Origin: an uncultured Planctomycetales bacterium
Lineage (GTDB): Bacteria > Omnitrophota > Gorgyraeia > Zapsychrales > Aceulaceae
DNA length: 58,703 nt
Direction of reading: 5' to 3'
NCBI GenBank assembly: GCA_964486675.1
Contig: CAZAOD010000004.1
Location: 1-58,703 of the forward strand
Program-made: the position numbers and the translations under genes
Shown: piece by piece, positions 1-9,647 of the stretch
Layout of the letters: every line of letters starts with the position of its first letter
Numbering within the stretch: position 1 is the first letter of the stretch
The notes under the pieces: generated by a model
Seen by the model: only the letters and a program-made list of their open reading frames with translations
What the model was told of the DNA's origin: nothing
The model's database searches: none

Positions 1-1290
1 AAAGAACGTTTCGTTTTGTTCAGGCAGCTTTTCCAAGGCTGACATTGTCTGGTATACGGTAAAGAACCAGTCCGGCGCGTTGGTCGCGTACATATCATGG
101 TTTTTAAAGTGAAAACGGTGCAGAGGATCCTTGAAAAATGCGATAAAACGTCGCTGGAGAGTGGCTCGGGAGAACAAGACGCTGCAAAAAAAGACGATGA
201 GGGCGACCTGGAAGATCTTTGGGGTTTTAGGAGCCATGAATCCAACGATCAGAAAGATAAAGAGAATTTGAAATGGCTCTGTCCAATACCTGGAGTAGAT
301 CATAGGACTTGCCAAATGTTCGTGGAGGCAGAAAAGAAAGAAAACAGAAGCCGCGAGGATCCCTAGGAGAGCCTTTTTGTTTTCAGCCCTTCTTTGTTTG
401 TCTGCAAAGAACAGAAGGATCGTGAACACAAGAAAATCTACGACAATGATCAGGATCGCTAAGTAGGGTTTGTAGCTTGTGATCTGACCAAAAGTTTCTT
501 TAGTAAATGCGAGCATATTGGCCCATAGCGATGTTGTTGGCGCTATCTGACGATAGCCTCCTAAAAAAGGAAAGCATTGCAAGATGTAGTACATCGGCAG
601 CCCGCGGACGAACCAAAAATGAGTTGCCATGAGAAAGGCGCAAGATAAGAGCAGCCCATAAATGTAAGAGCGTAAATTCTTTTTTAAATTCTTATGGAGA
701 AGATCCGAGAGGATGGCGCAAGCAAGGAACCCTGCCAGACTGTAGATGCCGATGTTGAATTTTATGAGAAAAGTTATCGTGATCGAACAGAAGCCGAGCC
801 ATAGGAATTTCCGATCACTGCTCTTTAAATACAGAAACAGATTGAGAATGGTCCATGAAAGCGCCGTGATCCCGCCAGCATGATTGTAGGTGTGGGGAAA
901 GTGCGGCATGAACGCGGCAAGCCAGAGTGCCCCGATCAAGGCCCATCCAGCTTGGACAAAACAACTTAAGGCAAGATAGCAGAGAATAACAGCAGTAAGT
1001 TTTAAGAGCAATTCACCCAATAGGGCGATTTGTATCAAAGGATTGAATATCTTGAAAATAAACCCATAGTAGTATGGCATAAGAGGCCCATAACACCACC
1101 AGTAGTCTTGATAGGGTGTCGCGCCTTGAGATGTTTGCCAAAAAGCGTACAGGTCCCGGCCATGATCGCCTTGCGCTAAAGGGGCTTGAAAGGTGCGAAT
1201 AGGAAAGAGGACAATAATGGCAACAACAATTGTAAGAGCCAAGAATAAATATTTTTGATACCTAAGAAGTTGCTGGAAAAATATTTTCAT
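1..1290 (-). CDS. polytopic membrane protein, putative GT-C-type (ArnT/PMT-like) glycosyltransferase; C-terminus lies beyond the window start
   Basis: Not in the ORF track because no stop lies in the window. Reverse-strand ATG at 1288-1290. I translated the whole frame to position 1 (430 codons) and saw no stop: MKIFFQQLLRYQKYLFLALT ... TVYQTMSALEKLPEQNETFF. Paralogous along its length to the ORF at 1297-2913 (shared DHGRDLYAFWQTSQGATPYQDYWWCYGPLMPYYY and LPMYYILQCFPFL blocks). Many hydrophobic helices. The family assignment rests on general resemblance only. Confidence 0.6.
   Translation of the reverse strand, partial: MKIFFQQLLRYQKYLFLALTIVVAIIVLFPIRTFQAPLAQGDHGRDLYAFWQTSQGATPYQDYWWCYGPLMPYYYGFIFKIFNPLIQIALLGELLLKLTAVILCYLALSCFVQAGWALIGALWLAAFMPHFPHTYNHAGGITALSWTILNLFLYLKSSDRKFLWLGFCSITITFLIKFNIGIYSLAGFLACAILSDLLHKNLKKNLRSYIYGLLLSCAFLMATHFWFVRGLPMYYILQCFPFLGGYRQIAPTTSLWANMLAFTKETFGQITSYKPYLAILIIVVDFLVFTILLFFADKQRRAENKKALLGILAASVFFLFCLHEHLASPMIYSRYWTEPFQILFIFLIVGFMAPKTPKIFQVALIVFFCSVLFSRATLQRRFIAFFKDPLHRFHFKNHDMYATNAPDWFFTVYQTMSALEKLPEQNETFF
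1088..1173. repeat. 86-nt tract about 98% identical to 2711-2796 (copy 1)
   Basis: ccataacaccaccagtagtcttgATagggtgtcgcgccttgagatgtttgccaaaaagcgtacaggtcccggccatgatcgCcttg aligned by eye at offset 1623. Only 2 mismatches, while the flanking paralogous codons differ at synonymous sites. Confidence 0.85.
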
Positions 1291-1296
1291 AGAGGG

Positions 1297-2913
1297 TTAT
1301 TTTCTTTTTAGAATTTTTATTCCGAAAGCCAATGTTTCCGTTGGATCGCTATTCCATTCGCCAAATGTTTTTATGACAAAAAAGTTCTCATCGATATATT
1401 TTGCTAAAGCAGGACAATATGTTTTTCCAAAAAGACCAAGGCCCGGCTCTGCAGAGTTACATCTGCTTGAAAGAACAATGTAGTTATTCTTTTTTGTTTC
1501 TAGTTGTAAAATAATTTTTCTTTCTTGCTCTAATGTTATGTTCATAAAATCAAAAAAACATAACTCTCGAGCAGGGCTTTGCTTTTTTGTTAAGAAATAA
1601 AATAATGGTTGATAGGGAAGAGCAAGGAACGACTCGTTTCTTTCTAAAGAAGTGGTTAGAAAGCTTGTTGTTTGGCGCACGATAGAGATCCAGGCTGGTG
1701 AATTTGTCAGATAGGCAGCATCTTTGTTGATCGAGAAATATTGAACAGGATTCTTAGAGGCCTGAATTTCTTGGTGATAAGCGTTCGCTGCTAAAAGGAT
1801 CGAAAATCCAAAGAATAGCGCAAGTAATCCTTGGATAATTCTTGGTATTTTTAGAATGCCTGCACCGATCGCAAGAAAAATGATGAGCAGTTGAAAAGGC
1901 TTCATCCAGTGCGTGCAGTAGCTCATATCGCTTAGTAAGAATTCATGCGAGGCCATGACGAGCAGAACGGTCGTAAAAAAAAGAGCCCAGAAAATATTTT
2001 TATTATCGGTTCCTATTTCTTTCTTTTTTAACGCTTTTAAGGTAAAAACAGTGAACAGTGTAATGGTAATTGCCGCTATGATAAGTCGGAAAGAGCGTAT
2101 TTGAGAAAAAGTTGCTTTTAAGAACCACAGAGCTCTTTGCAGGATCGTTAGATGAATTTCCGGGAGGCTTTGGCGGTAATTTTTGAGGAAAGGAAAGCAT
2201 TGTAGGATGTAATACATAGGAAGATTTTGAACAAAAAATATGTGAATGAGTAATAACGATGCGCCGGATAAAAGAGTTCCATAAATATAAATTCGAATAT
2301 TTTGCTTGAGCGTATGGCGAGAAGCATCTAAAAGTGCCGCGCAGGCCACAAAAGTAATCAATCCGCAAATACCCATGTTTAGCTTGATCAAGGCAGTTAG
2401 GGCAACTGATAAGAATCCAAGCCATAAAAAAATTTTTTTAGAGGTTTTAAGATATGAAAAAAGATTTAAAGTGATCCACAAAAGACCTGCTATCGCGCCT
2501 ATATGATTATAGGTATGCGGAAACGATGGATTAAAAAGCGTAAACCAGGAAGCGCCTATGAAGGCCCAGAAATATGGGATAAAGCAGCTTAGGGAAAGAT
2601 AGAAAAGCATTGCACAAATAATTCCGATGAGAATATTCCCAATAAGTGCGCTTTGGATTGTGGTCCCTAAAGCTTTAAAGATCCCAGAATAATAATAAGG
2701 CATTAACGGTCCATAACACCACCAGTAGTCTTGGTAGGGTGTCGCGCCTTGAGATGTTTGCCAAAAAGCGTACAGGTCCCGGCCATGATCGTCTTGGGCA
2801 AGTGCAGGCTGGAAATTGTGTAGAGGCCAGAGGATCCAAAGTGCGGCAAAAATCGTTAATACAAGAAAAAAGATCTTTTGATGGCGAAGAAAGAAGTTGT
2901 AAGCAGTTTTCAT
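1297..2913 (-). CDS. polytopic membrane protein, putative GT-C-type glycosyltransferase (tandem paralog of the upstream gene)
   Basis: 538-aa ORF with more than 10 predicted hydrophobic helices. Acidic DD motif in the first loop (AQDDHGRDLY), followed by a roughly 120-aa hydrophilic C-terminal domain. Sits 6 bp from its paralog. Confidence 0.6.
   Translation of the reverse strand: MKTAYNFFLRHQKIFFLVLTIFAALWILWPLHNFQPALAQDDHGRDLYAFWQTSQGATPYQDYWWCYGPLMPYYYSGIFKALGTTIQSALIGNILIGIICAMLFYLSLSCFIPYFWAFIGASWFTLFNPSFPHTYNHIGAIAGLLWITLNLFSYLKTSKKIFLWLGFLSVALTALIKLNMGICGLITFVACAALLDASRHTLKQNIRIYIYGTLLSGASLLLIHIFFVQNLPMYYILQCFPFLKNYRQSLPEIHLTILQRALWFLKATFSQIRSFRLIIAAITITLFTVFTLKALKKKEIGTDNKNIFWALFFTTVLLVMASHEFLLSDMSYCTHWMKPFQLLIIFLAIGAGILKIPRIIQGLLALFFGFSILLAANAYHQEIQASKNPVQYFSINKDAAYLTNSPAWISIVRQTTSFLTTSLERNESFLALPYQPLFYFLTKKQSPARELCFFDFMNITLEQERKIILQLETKKNNYIVLSSRCNSAEPGLGLFGKTYCPALAKYIDENFFVIKTFGEWNSDPTETLAFGIKILKRK
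2711..2796. repeat. 86-nt tract about 98% identical to 1088-1173 (copy 2)
   Basis: See copy 1. Confidence 0.85.
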
Positions 2914-2995
2914 CTTTATACCTGTGACCGCAGTATAACACGAAAGTATTTTGTGGGCAATTCACTGCTTATGTTTCTTGCGACCAGAGAGGGGA

Positions 2996-3023
2996 TTGCA
3001 CTCTGAAAAGAATATGTTACAAT
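2996..3023 (+). promoter_or_regulatory. candidate sigma70-type promoter for the 3064-5350 operon
   Basis: TTGCAC (2996-3001), 16-nt spacer, TGtTACAAT extended -10 (hexamer 3018-3023), about 40 nt upstream of an AAAGGAG RBS. Confidence 0.35.
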
Positions 3024-3063
3024 AACGCATTATTCAACCATAAGCTATATAAAGGAGTGTTGC

Positions 3064-3384
3064 ATGGTAAGTATCAAGGAATTTCAAAATTTTGAGCTGA
3101 TCGTTGCCCAGGTCAAAGAGGTTAAAGAACACCCCAATGCCGATAAGCTGTATGTTCTTAAGATCGATACGGGAACAGAAACAAAACAGATCGTAGCCGG
3201 TATCCGTACCGCGTACGCGAAAGAAGCTTTGGTGGGACGCAAGATTATTGTTGTTAATAATTTAGAACCTGCAACTTTACGCGGGGAAGAATCTTGCGGC
3301 ATGCTTTTGGCCGCGTCTGATGAAAACGGTCCATCGGTTCTGGAAGCTGATCGTAATGTTAAGATCGGTAGCCGTGTAAAATAA
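3064..3384 (+). CDS. tRNA-binding domain protein (Trbp111/CsaA/EMAP-II-like OB fold)
   Basis: 106 aa. F.....V..V.EV..HPNADKLYVLKID.G......IVAGI, typical of the stand-alone tRNA-binding domain also found at the MetRS C-terminus. RBS AAAGGAG upstream. Confidence 0.85.
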   Translation: MVSIKEFQNFELIVAQVKEVKEHPNADKLYVLKIDTGTETKQIVAGIRTAYAKEALVGRKIIVVNNLEPATLRGEESCGMLLAASDENGPSVLEADRNVKIGSRVK

Positions 3385-3402
3385 TTCCTCTGATAAAGTC
3401 TT

Positions 3403-3897
3403 ATGTCCGCGCCTTCATTTCCACCTCAAGAGTTTTGTCTGGCATGTCAGGGTTGCTGTCGTTTTCAGGATAGCCGCAGTCCTTGGCGCCCTAAGGTTTA
3501 CCCAAACGAAGAGCGCGTTTCAGCGCCACAAGGATTGCTGAGCGCGGATCAAGAAGGCTATCTTCGGACAAGATGTGTTCAGGGGGTTTGGCTGTGCGAT
3601 CATCTTGACGCGCGAACCAATCATTGCCAAGTTTATCCATGGCGGCCTTTCGAATGCGTCCTGTATCCTTTTCTTTTAATTAAAAACAGGAACGGCATAG
3701 CTGTTGCTGTGCATCTCGCCTGTCCTTATGTTCAGGGAAAAAAGGACCTCAGCTGTTTTCAAGACGCGTTCGCGCAGGTCCAAAGATTCCTTGAGCAGAA
3801 AGAAGTTCAGGATTTTCTAAGATCTTGCAAAGCGCACATCATTTCCGACCATATCCAGGACGAGGAAGTGCAGATCATTTTTTCTATGGATCTATGA
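3403..3897 (+). CDS. YkgJ-family (CxxCxxCC, UPF0153) Zn/Fe-S cluster protein
   Basis: N-terminal CLACQGCC motif plus further conserved Cys (C..H.C, ECVLYP). Confidence 0.65.
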   Translation: MSAPSFPPQEFCLACQGCCRFQDSRSPWRPKVYPNEERVSAPQGLLSADQEGYLRTRCVQGVWLCDHLDARTNHCQVYPWRPFECVLYPFLLIKNRNGIAVAVHLACPYVQGKKDLSCFQDAFAQVQRFLEQKEVQDFLRSCKAHIISDHIQDEEVQIIFSMDL

Positions 3898-4805
3898 GAA
3901 CCAGCGATCTTTTTTCTTATCAGGGTATTTTTCAGAAGTTCCTTAGAAAAACCCAATATGACCTTTCGATGTTTTCTTTTGTGAATATTTTTTCCTGGAA
4001 GGATTTCTTTGATTTTGAATTTAAAATAATAAAAGGCGCGCTATGTGTTGTTGCCAAGCATGAGCTGGGAGCTTTTCTTTATCTTCCGCCGCTGGGAAAG
4101 CCCCTTTCCCGGGAGTTAGCTGAAGAATGCTTTGATATTTTATTTGCAATGAACCACGGGCGAGGTGTTTCACGCATTGAAAATGTTGAGGAAAAGGACC
4201 TTGGGATCTTTTCTTCTGAAAAATATACGATCTATCATAAAAGTGACGAATTTGTTTATCGTCGATCTGAGCTTGAACATCTTGCGGGTAATAAATATAA
4301 ATCAAAGCGCGCGCTATATAATCAGTGCGCGCGATCCAAAGCCTGTGTTTTTATACCCTATCGACCCAGTATGAAAAAAGAGTGTTTACAGATTTACCGC
4401 ACATGGGCGAAGGAGCGCAAAGAGCGATACGATGACGATATCTATCGGCAGATGATCGACGAAAATCTTTACGTTCACGACACTTGTCTTTCGCATTATC
4501 AAAAGTTAGGCCTTGTGGGCCGCGTTGTTCTGATCGACGGTAAAATACATGCGTATACTTTTGGATTTGATCTTAAGCAAGATGTTTTTTGTGTTCTGTT
4601 GGAAGTCGCTGATCGATCCGTCAAGGGGCTTTCTACGTATATTTTCCGTGAAATGTGCCGAGATACCCAAATAAAAAGATTTGATTTTATTAACGTGATG
4701 GATGATTTTGGCCTTGAAAATATCCGCGCAACGAAACTTTTGTTCAAGCCTTGCCGCATCCATCCAAGCTACGTTGTATCGCCAAAGGCCTCATGCGCTG
4801 CTTAG
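3894..4805 (+). CDS. DUF2156 protein (homolog of the MprF C-terminal aminoacyl-tRNA-dependent transferase domain)
   Basis: Family-typical blocks: FSFVNIFSWKDFF, DEFVYRRSELEHLAGNKYKSKRALYNQC, C-terminal INVMDDFGLENIRATKLLFKP. Start taken at ATG 3894, which overlaps the upstream TGA (ATGA), rather than the track start at 3825. Confidence 0.65.
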   Translation: MRTSDLFSYQGIFQKFLRKTQYDLSMFSFVNIFSWKDFFDFEFKIIKGALCVVAKHELGAFLYLPPLGKPLSRELAEECFDILFAMNHGRGVSRIENVEEKDLGIFSSEKYTIYHKSDEFVYRRSELEHLAGNKYKSKRALYNQCARSKACVFIPYRPSMKKECLQIYRTWAKERKERYDDDIYRQMIDENLYVHDTCLSHYQKLGLVGRVVLIDGKIHAYTFGFDLKQDVFCVLLEVADRSVKGLSTYIFREMCRDTQIKRFDFINVMDDFGLENIRATKLLFKPCRIHPSYVVSPKASCAA

Positions 4806-5350
4806 AAGAAAAAGAATTCGTTGTGTTTGACGTTGAAACGACAGGATTGTCACCAACGTTCGGTGATCGTATCGTTGAGATCGCGGCGCTCAAGGCTAAA
4901 GGTTTTCAACGGATAGATCATTTTCATTCGTTGGTTAATCCTGGTCGATCGATCTCTTTGGCCGCGTTCGAGGTCAACCGTATCAGCGATCAAATGGTTG
5001 CCAGCGCTCCTCGTTTTCAAGATATTGCTGCGGACCTTTTGAGTTTTATTAATGGCGCGGTACTGATTGGTCACAATATTCGTTTTGATCTTGGATTTCT
5101 TTATCATGAGCTGGAAACCGCAGGTCTGACCATCGGGCGTGATATTATTTTCTTGGATACGATGCAGATCGCTCGGCGCGTTCTGCCGGAACTGAGGCGA
5201 TATCCTTTATGGGCGGTGGCAAATGCCTTAGGCATTCAAGAGCATCAAAAGCATCGCGCTATGGCCGATGTCGAGTTAACATTCGAAGTTTTTTGTCGTT
5301 TGGCACGCCTAGCCCACACCCACAACATACTCGAGGAGTTTTTAGAGTAG
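4793..5350 (+). CDS. DEDDh 3'-5' exonuclease (DnaQ / Pol III epsilon-like)
   Basis: ExoI FVVFDVETTGL, ExoII GHNIRFDLGFL, ExoIII HRAMADV. Start chosen at MRCLEEKEF (4793); the track start is 4751. Confidence 0.85.
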   Translation: MRCLEEKEFVVFDVETTGLSPTFGDRIVEIAALKAKGFQRIDHFHSLVNPGRSISLAAFEVNRISDQMVASAPRFQDIAADLLSFINGAVLIGHNIRFDLGFLYHELETAGLTIGRDIIFLDTMQIARRVLPELRRYPLWAVANALGIQEHQKHRAMADVELTFEVFCRLARLAHTHNILEEFLE

Positions 5351-5432
5351 ATCCCACGCGACGTCAGCCTGCTGCTTGTTTTTTGTTTTTTATTGGCGGT
5401 CGAACGCTTGCCTATTATAATAGAAATATATT

Positions 5433-6944
5433 ATGCGCCATCTTTTCCTAAAGATCATTTTTTATCTCTCTGCTTTCTTGTGTTTGCTACGCATATCCGC
5501 AGCTGATGCCCAAGAGCATTCCGCTCTTGCTGTTCAAGAGCAGGTGACGAATTTAACCGTTGATCTTCAAAGGATTGCTGAGGATGCTTTGAGAGAGAAT
5601 GAACGGTTAGGTGCGGAAAACAATGCTCTAACTTTAGAATATAAAAGACAGCAGGGCAGGGTCCAAGAGTTTTCGGGCAAGATCAGAGAGACCCAGCGCT
5701 TTATAGAGGATCAGCAAGATTTGGAAAAATTTCGTCTGGAAGAAAAGAACGCACAGCGTCAATGTGAAGATCTACGCGGACATATAGGCATCCTTGAGAA
5801 CGAAACAGCTTCTCTGCGCCTAGAACTTGATGCCTTGTCGCGCGAGAACGCTCAACGGCAGAGGCAGGTCGATAGCTTAAAAGCGCAGAGGCAAAGCCTT
5901 GTGGAATATCAAAGCAAAAATTTTCAATTTAGAGATCACGAGCGTCTCAACACTTTGTCCGATCAAAGACAGGCGTGGCAGGGGCGCTTTGACATTTTAA
6001 AAGCAAGGCAAAACTTTTTGGCCCAAAGGATCAGAAGTGCTCAGAAAGGCTTAGCACTAGCCCAGCTTCCAGGGAACAGTGTGATGGATCTAGGACGGTA
6101 TCGCCAGCTGTTACGGTTGCTGTATCTCAATGGCAGCAGGGCCCGCCCGAGATGCTTAGGTGATTGCTTAAAAGCGTCGAAAGAACGATATGTTTTTCAG
6201 GGCATTGGCGCCAGGGATATTCATAAAAGCTTAAAAGATCTTGAAGTTTTTTCTACGCGCGTATCTGCGCATCCTGCTGTTCCGGATCCTGACTTGCAAG
6301 ATGTGGAAAGAAATAAGTATAGAGACCTGCTCCATGAGCATTTGCAATGGGCTTCTGAGCAAGCCTCCCGTATCTTCAAAGAATATCAGGATACTGTTGA
6401 GGATGTTATCTTTTTAAAGCAGTCCGCAGAGGATCTATCGGTTAAGGTTCAAGCGCGCGATGTGGAAAGCAAGAAGCTTTTTGCGCAGCTTAAAAGCCTT
6501 GACACATATCACCAGGAAGCTCTATCCTCCCTGCAGCAGGCGCAAACTGCCGATGTTCAGCAAAGGCAGCAACAGGCGAAGCAGAAACAGCAGGATGTCT
6601 TGGATCAAGGCTTGCGGATAAAACGCCTTCAGTCGCTTCAGGAGGATATTGATCATTACGATGATCGAACAAAAAAGATACTTCTAGCCCAGGAGCAAAG
6701 ATTGCAAAAAGTTTTAAGCGATCTGAGAACACAACAACAAGTTTTAATGGGCAAGATTTCAAATCTTCAATCAAAGATTGCTCGTTCTCAAGAGGAAAAA
6801 AAGATCTTAGAGGATGTTTTAGAATCTGGAAAGCCTTTGCAAGACGATCAGAAGATGAAAGCGCGGACTGCGACATCACAGTCCGTAACAACCTCTTCGT
6901 CGAGAAAGCCTGAATGGAAAATGCCCCGTATTCTGCAGGAATGA
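5433..6944 (+). CDS. secreted Q/E/R-rich coiled-coil protein, function unknown
   Basis: Signal peptide (LLRISAADA-QE). Long heptad-like Q/E/L/R-rich sequence. Confidence 0.6.
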   Translation: MRHLFLKIIFYLSAFLCLLRISAADAQEHSALAVQEQVTNLTVDLQRIAEDALRENERLGAENNALTLEYKRQQGRVQEFSGKIRETQRFIEDQQDLEKFRLEEKNAQRQCEDLRGHIGILENETASLRLELDALSRENAQRQRQVDSLKAQRQSLVEYQSKNFQFRDHERLNTLSDQRQAWQGRFDILKARQNFLAQRIRSAQKGLALAQLPGNSVMDLGRYRQLLRLLYLNGSRARPRCLGDCLKASKERYVFQGIGARDIHKSLKDLEVFSTRVSAHPAVPDPDLQDVERNKYRDLLHEHLQWASEQASRIFKEYQDTVEDVIFLKQSAEDLSVKVQARDVESKKLFAQLKSLDTYHQEALSSLQQAQTADVQQRQQQAKQKQQDVLDQGLRIKRLQSLQEDIDHYDDRTKKILLAQEQRLQKVLSDLRTQQQVLMGKISNLQSKIARSQEEKKILEDVLESGKPLQDDQKMKARTATSQSVTTSSSRKPEWKMPRILQE

Positions 6945-7019
6945 TCCTTGGGGCTGATAGCAATTCATTTGCGTTGAATGTGAAAATGATATAGAATGGC
7001 ACAGTTAAAAGGAGGCATT

Positions 7020-7505
7020 ATGAACGAAATTTTAGAGGTATTGTCCAAGAACGCGCGTCTTACCCTTGAGGAGATCGGCAAGTTAACGGGGCAAAGTGTC
7101 AACGCGGTTAAAGCGGCGATCAAGAAATATGAAAAAGATGGGGTCATTGTTCAATATAAGACCGTTATTAATAAAGAATTGATCGATGAGAATCCAAATT
7201 TTGTGCGCGCCTTAATTGAAGTTAACATTACGCCTCAGAAGGATGTCGGATTTGATTATATCGCGGAGCGGATCTATAGCTTTCCAGAGGTCAAGAGTTG
7301 TTATTTGATGTCTGGATCCTATGACCTGTTGGTAGAGGTTGAAGGCGAGAATATACAGACGGTATCAAATTTTATCGCTTCTAAACTTTCGCCGATGTCC
7401 CATGTCCGCGGCACAGCGACCCATTTTTTGTTAAAAAAGTATAAAGAGGATGGACATATTCTGAAAAAAGGCAAACAGCGTCAGCGCCTGAACATTTCGT
7501 ATTAA
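7020..7505 (+). CDS. Lrp/AsnC family transcriptional regulator
   Basis: N-terminal wHTH (ILEVLSKNARLTLEEIGKLTGQSVNAVKAAIKKYEKDGVI) plus a RAM/ACT-like C-domain. AAAGGAGG RBS 5 nt before ATG 7020. Confidence 0.85.
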   Translation: MNEILEVLSKNARLTLEEIGKLTGQSVNAVKAAIKKYEKDGVIVQYKTVINKELIDENPNFVRALIEVNITPQKDVGFDYIAERIYSFPEVKSCYLMSGSYDLLVEVEGENIQTVSNFIASKLSPMSHVRGTATHFLLKKYKEDGHILKKGKQRQRLNISY

Positions 7506-7524
7506 CAGATAGGCAGAAGATCTT

Positions 7525-8682
7525 ATGGATATTGCGAAAAAAGTTGAAAATTTGAAACCTTCAGGGATCAGATTGTTCTTTGATCTCGTTCTTAACATGA
7601 AGGATGTTATTTCTTTGGGCGTTGGAGAGCCAGATTTTGTGACGCCATGGCGTATCCGCGAAAAGGCTATTTTTTCTCTTGAGCAAGGATACACTTCTTA
7701 CACGTCTAACAAGGGGATGATCGAGCTGCGCAAGATCATTTGTCATCATCTTCAGAAGCGCTACGGATTAAAATATGACCCTGAAGAAGAAACATTGATC
7801 ACCGTGGGTGTAAGCGAGGGCCTTGACTTGGCTGTTCGCACGATTCTTAATCCCGGGGAAAGAGTTTTAATCCATGACCCGTCCTATGTTTCTTATCCGG
7901 CTGTCGTTGACCTTGCCGGCGGCGAGCCTGTCTTGTTGCCCACAGGCATCGAAGATCATTTTAAATTATCTGTGGAGCAGATCGAGAAAGGATGTAAGAA
8001 AGGCGCTCGCGCTTTGATGATCAATTATCCTTGCAATCCGACAGGCGCTTCTTACACAAAAAAAGAGCTTAAGCAGATCGCTCGCATCGCCGATAAGTAT
8101 GACCTGATAGTTTTAAGCGATGAGGTTTACGATGAGCTGACGTATGATTTCGATCACACACCTTTTGCCTCCTTGCCGGGAATGAAAGAACGCGTCATTT
8201 ATCTTAATGGCTTTTCTAAGGCCTTTGCTATGACGGGTTTTCGCTTAGGATACGCTTGCGGTCCGGCCAAGCTGATTGCTGGTATGACCAAGATCCATCA
8301 GTACACAATGTTATGCGCTTCGATCACAAGCCAAATGGCCGCAATCGAGGCATTGCGTGGCGGTTTTAGCGATGTCGCGGAAATGAAGAAGGAATATATG
8401 AGGCGACGGCGATTTGTCGTGTCCCGCCTTAATGAGATAGGCTTAGATTGCCATATGCCTGAGGGCGCTTTTTATGTGTTCCCTTCTATTAAGAAGTTTA
8501 GCAGCAACTCTTTAGAATTCGCGACCGATCTGCTAAATAAGAAAAAAGTCGCTTTGGTGCCTGGAGTGGCTTTTGGCGAATCGACAGAAGGATACGTGAG
8601 GATCTCGTACGCCTCAAGCTACGAGAATCTAAAGGAAGCTCTGCTACGCATTGAAAGCTATTTAAAGTCTGATTCGCGTTAG
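7525..8682 (+). CDS. class I/II pyridoxal-phosphate aminotransferase (AspC-like)
   Basis: INYPCNPTG and the PLP-lysine block SKAFAMTGFRLGY. 385 aa. Confidence 0.85.
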   Translation: MDIAKKVENLKPSGIRLFFDLVLNMKDVISLGVGEPDFVTPWRIREKAIFSLEQGYTSYTSNKGMIELRKIICHHLQKRYGLKYDPEEETLITVGVSEGLDLAVRTILNPGERVLIHDPSYVSYPAVVDLAGGEPVLLPTGIEDHFKLSVEQIEKGCKKGARALMINYPCNPTGASYTKKELKQIARIADKYDLIVLSDEVYDELTYDFDHTPFASLPGMKERVIYLNGFSKAFAMTGFRLGYACGPAKLIAGMTKIHQYTMLCASITSQMAAIEALRGGFSDVAEMKKEYMRRRRFVVSRLNEIGLDCHMPEGAFYVFPSIKKFSSNSLEFATDLLNKKKVALVPGVAFGESTEGYVRISYASSYENLKEALLRIESYLKSDSR

Positions 8683-8830
8683 ATCGATTGCTCATTAGTG
8701 GCCGTGCATTTTTACGAAAAAGAGCGCTTAAAAGTAAGATGCTATTGGCACCCGCCGGTGTGTTCATATAATAATATGTTGAAGGTTTTATTAAAAGAGA
8801 TCAGACAGAGAGTTACTCCGGAGAAAGTGC

Positions 8831-9232
8831 ATGGCTGAGAATTCCCAAGAGAATGGTGTTGATAGTCTTGACTTTGAGATCCGATTCTTGGAAGGTGTTC
8901 TCAAAGAGAGCCCTCATTTTATCGAGGCCTTGATCAATCTGGGTGATTTGTATACCAAAAGAGGGCTTTATCGTCAGGGACTTGAGATCGATCTAAGGCT
9001 TTCTGCCCTTCGTCCGAACGATCCGATTGTTCTTTATAATCTTGCCTGCAGTTATTCTCTGCTTGCAGACCTTCACAAGGCTTTTGAGGTGATTCAGGTG
9101 GCGATCGCGAAAGGGTATCAAGATTTTCGATATTTGGCGCAAGATGAGGATCTCGCGAATTTACGGCAGTTTCCACCTTTTGTTGATCTTGTGGCGCAGC
9201 TGAAACCTAAACAAAGAAAAAAGATCGCATGA
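8831..9232 (+). CDS. TPR repeat protein
   Basis: [46 protein letters not shown]-like. Confidence 0.6.
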   Translation: MAENSQENGVDSLDFEIRFLEGVLKESPHFIEALINLGDLYTKRGLYRQGLEIDLRLSALRPNDPIVLYNLACSYSLLADLHKAFEVIQVAIAKGYQDFRYLAQDEDLANLRQFPPFVDLVAQLKPKQRKKIA

Positions 9233-9645
9233 AGCATTATCGAGAAGAGCTTTGGTTTGAAACTACGACGCGGAGAGCTTATCTGAACATTACAGAGCAT
9301 GTTCAGCGCGCGATCACCTCAAGCGGTATTCGGGAAGGGTTTTGTCTGGTCAACGCGATGCATATTACAGCGTCGGTATTCATTAATGATGATGAGCCTG
9401 GGCTGCATCAGGATTTTGATGATTGGCTTGAGAAGCTTGCGCCGCATGAGCCAGTCTCGGGCTATCGCCATAATGTTGGGGAAGATAACGCTGACGGCCA
9501 TATGAAACGGCAGATCATGGGGCGTGAAGTAGTCGTTGCGATAACCGGAGGAAGATTGGACTTCGGCCCCTGGGAGCAGATTTTTTATGGTGAGTTTGAC
9601 GGGCGAAGAAAGAAACGTGTTTTGGTCAAGATTATAGGAGAATGA
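9229..9645 (+). CDS. YjbQ/UPF0047 family protein (secondary thiamine-phosphate synthase family)
   Basis: [68 protein letters not shown] overlap with the upstream gene. Confidence 0.85.
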   Translation: MKHYREELWFETTTRRAYLNITEHVQRAITSSGIREGFCLVNAMHITASVFINDDEPGLHQDFDDWLEKLAPHEPVSGYRHNVGEDNADGHMKRQIMGREVVVAITGGRLDFGPWEQIFYGEFDGRRKKRVLVKIIGE

Positions 9646-9647
9646 CC

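Noticed and set aside
97-366. 89-aa + strand ORF at the window start
   Set aside because: It lies entirely inside the open minus-strand frame of the GT-C-like paralog (1-1290). The charged low-complexity translation is typical of an antisense frame.
6490-7002. 170-aa minus-strand ORF
   Set aside because: It is antisense to the 503-aa coiled-coil gene. Q/E/L-rich genes commonly leave long open antisense frames.
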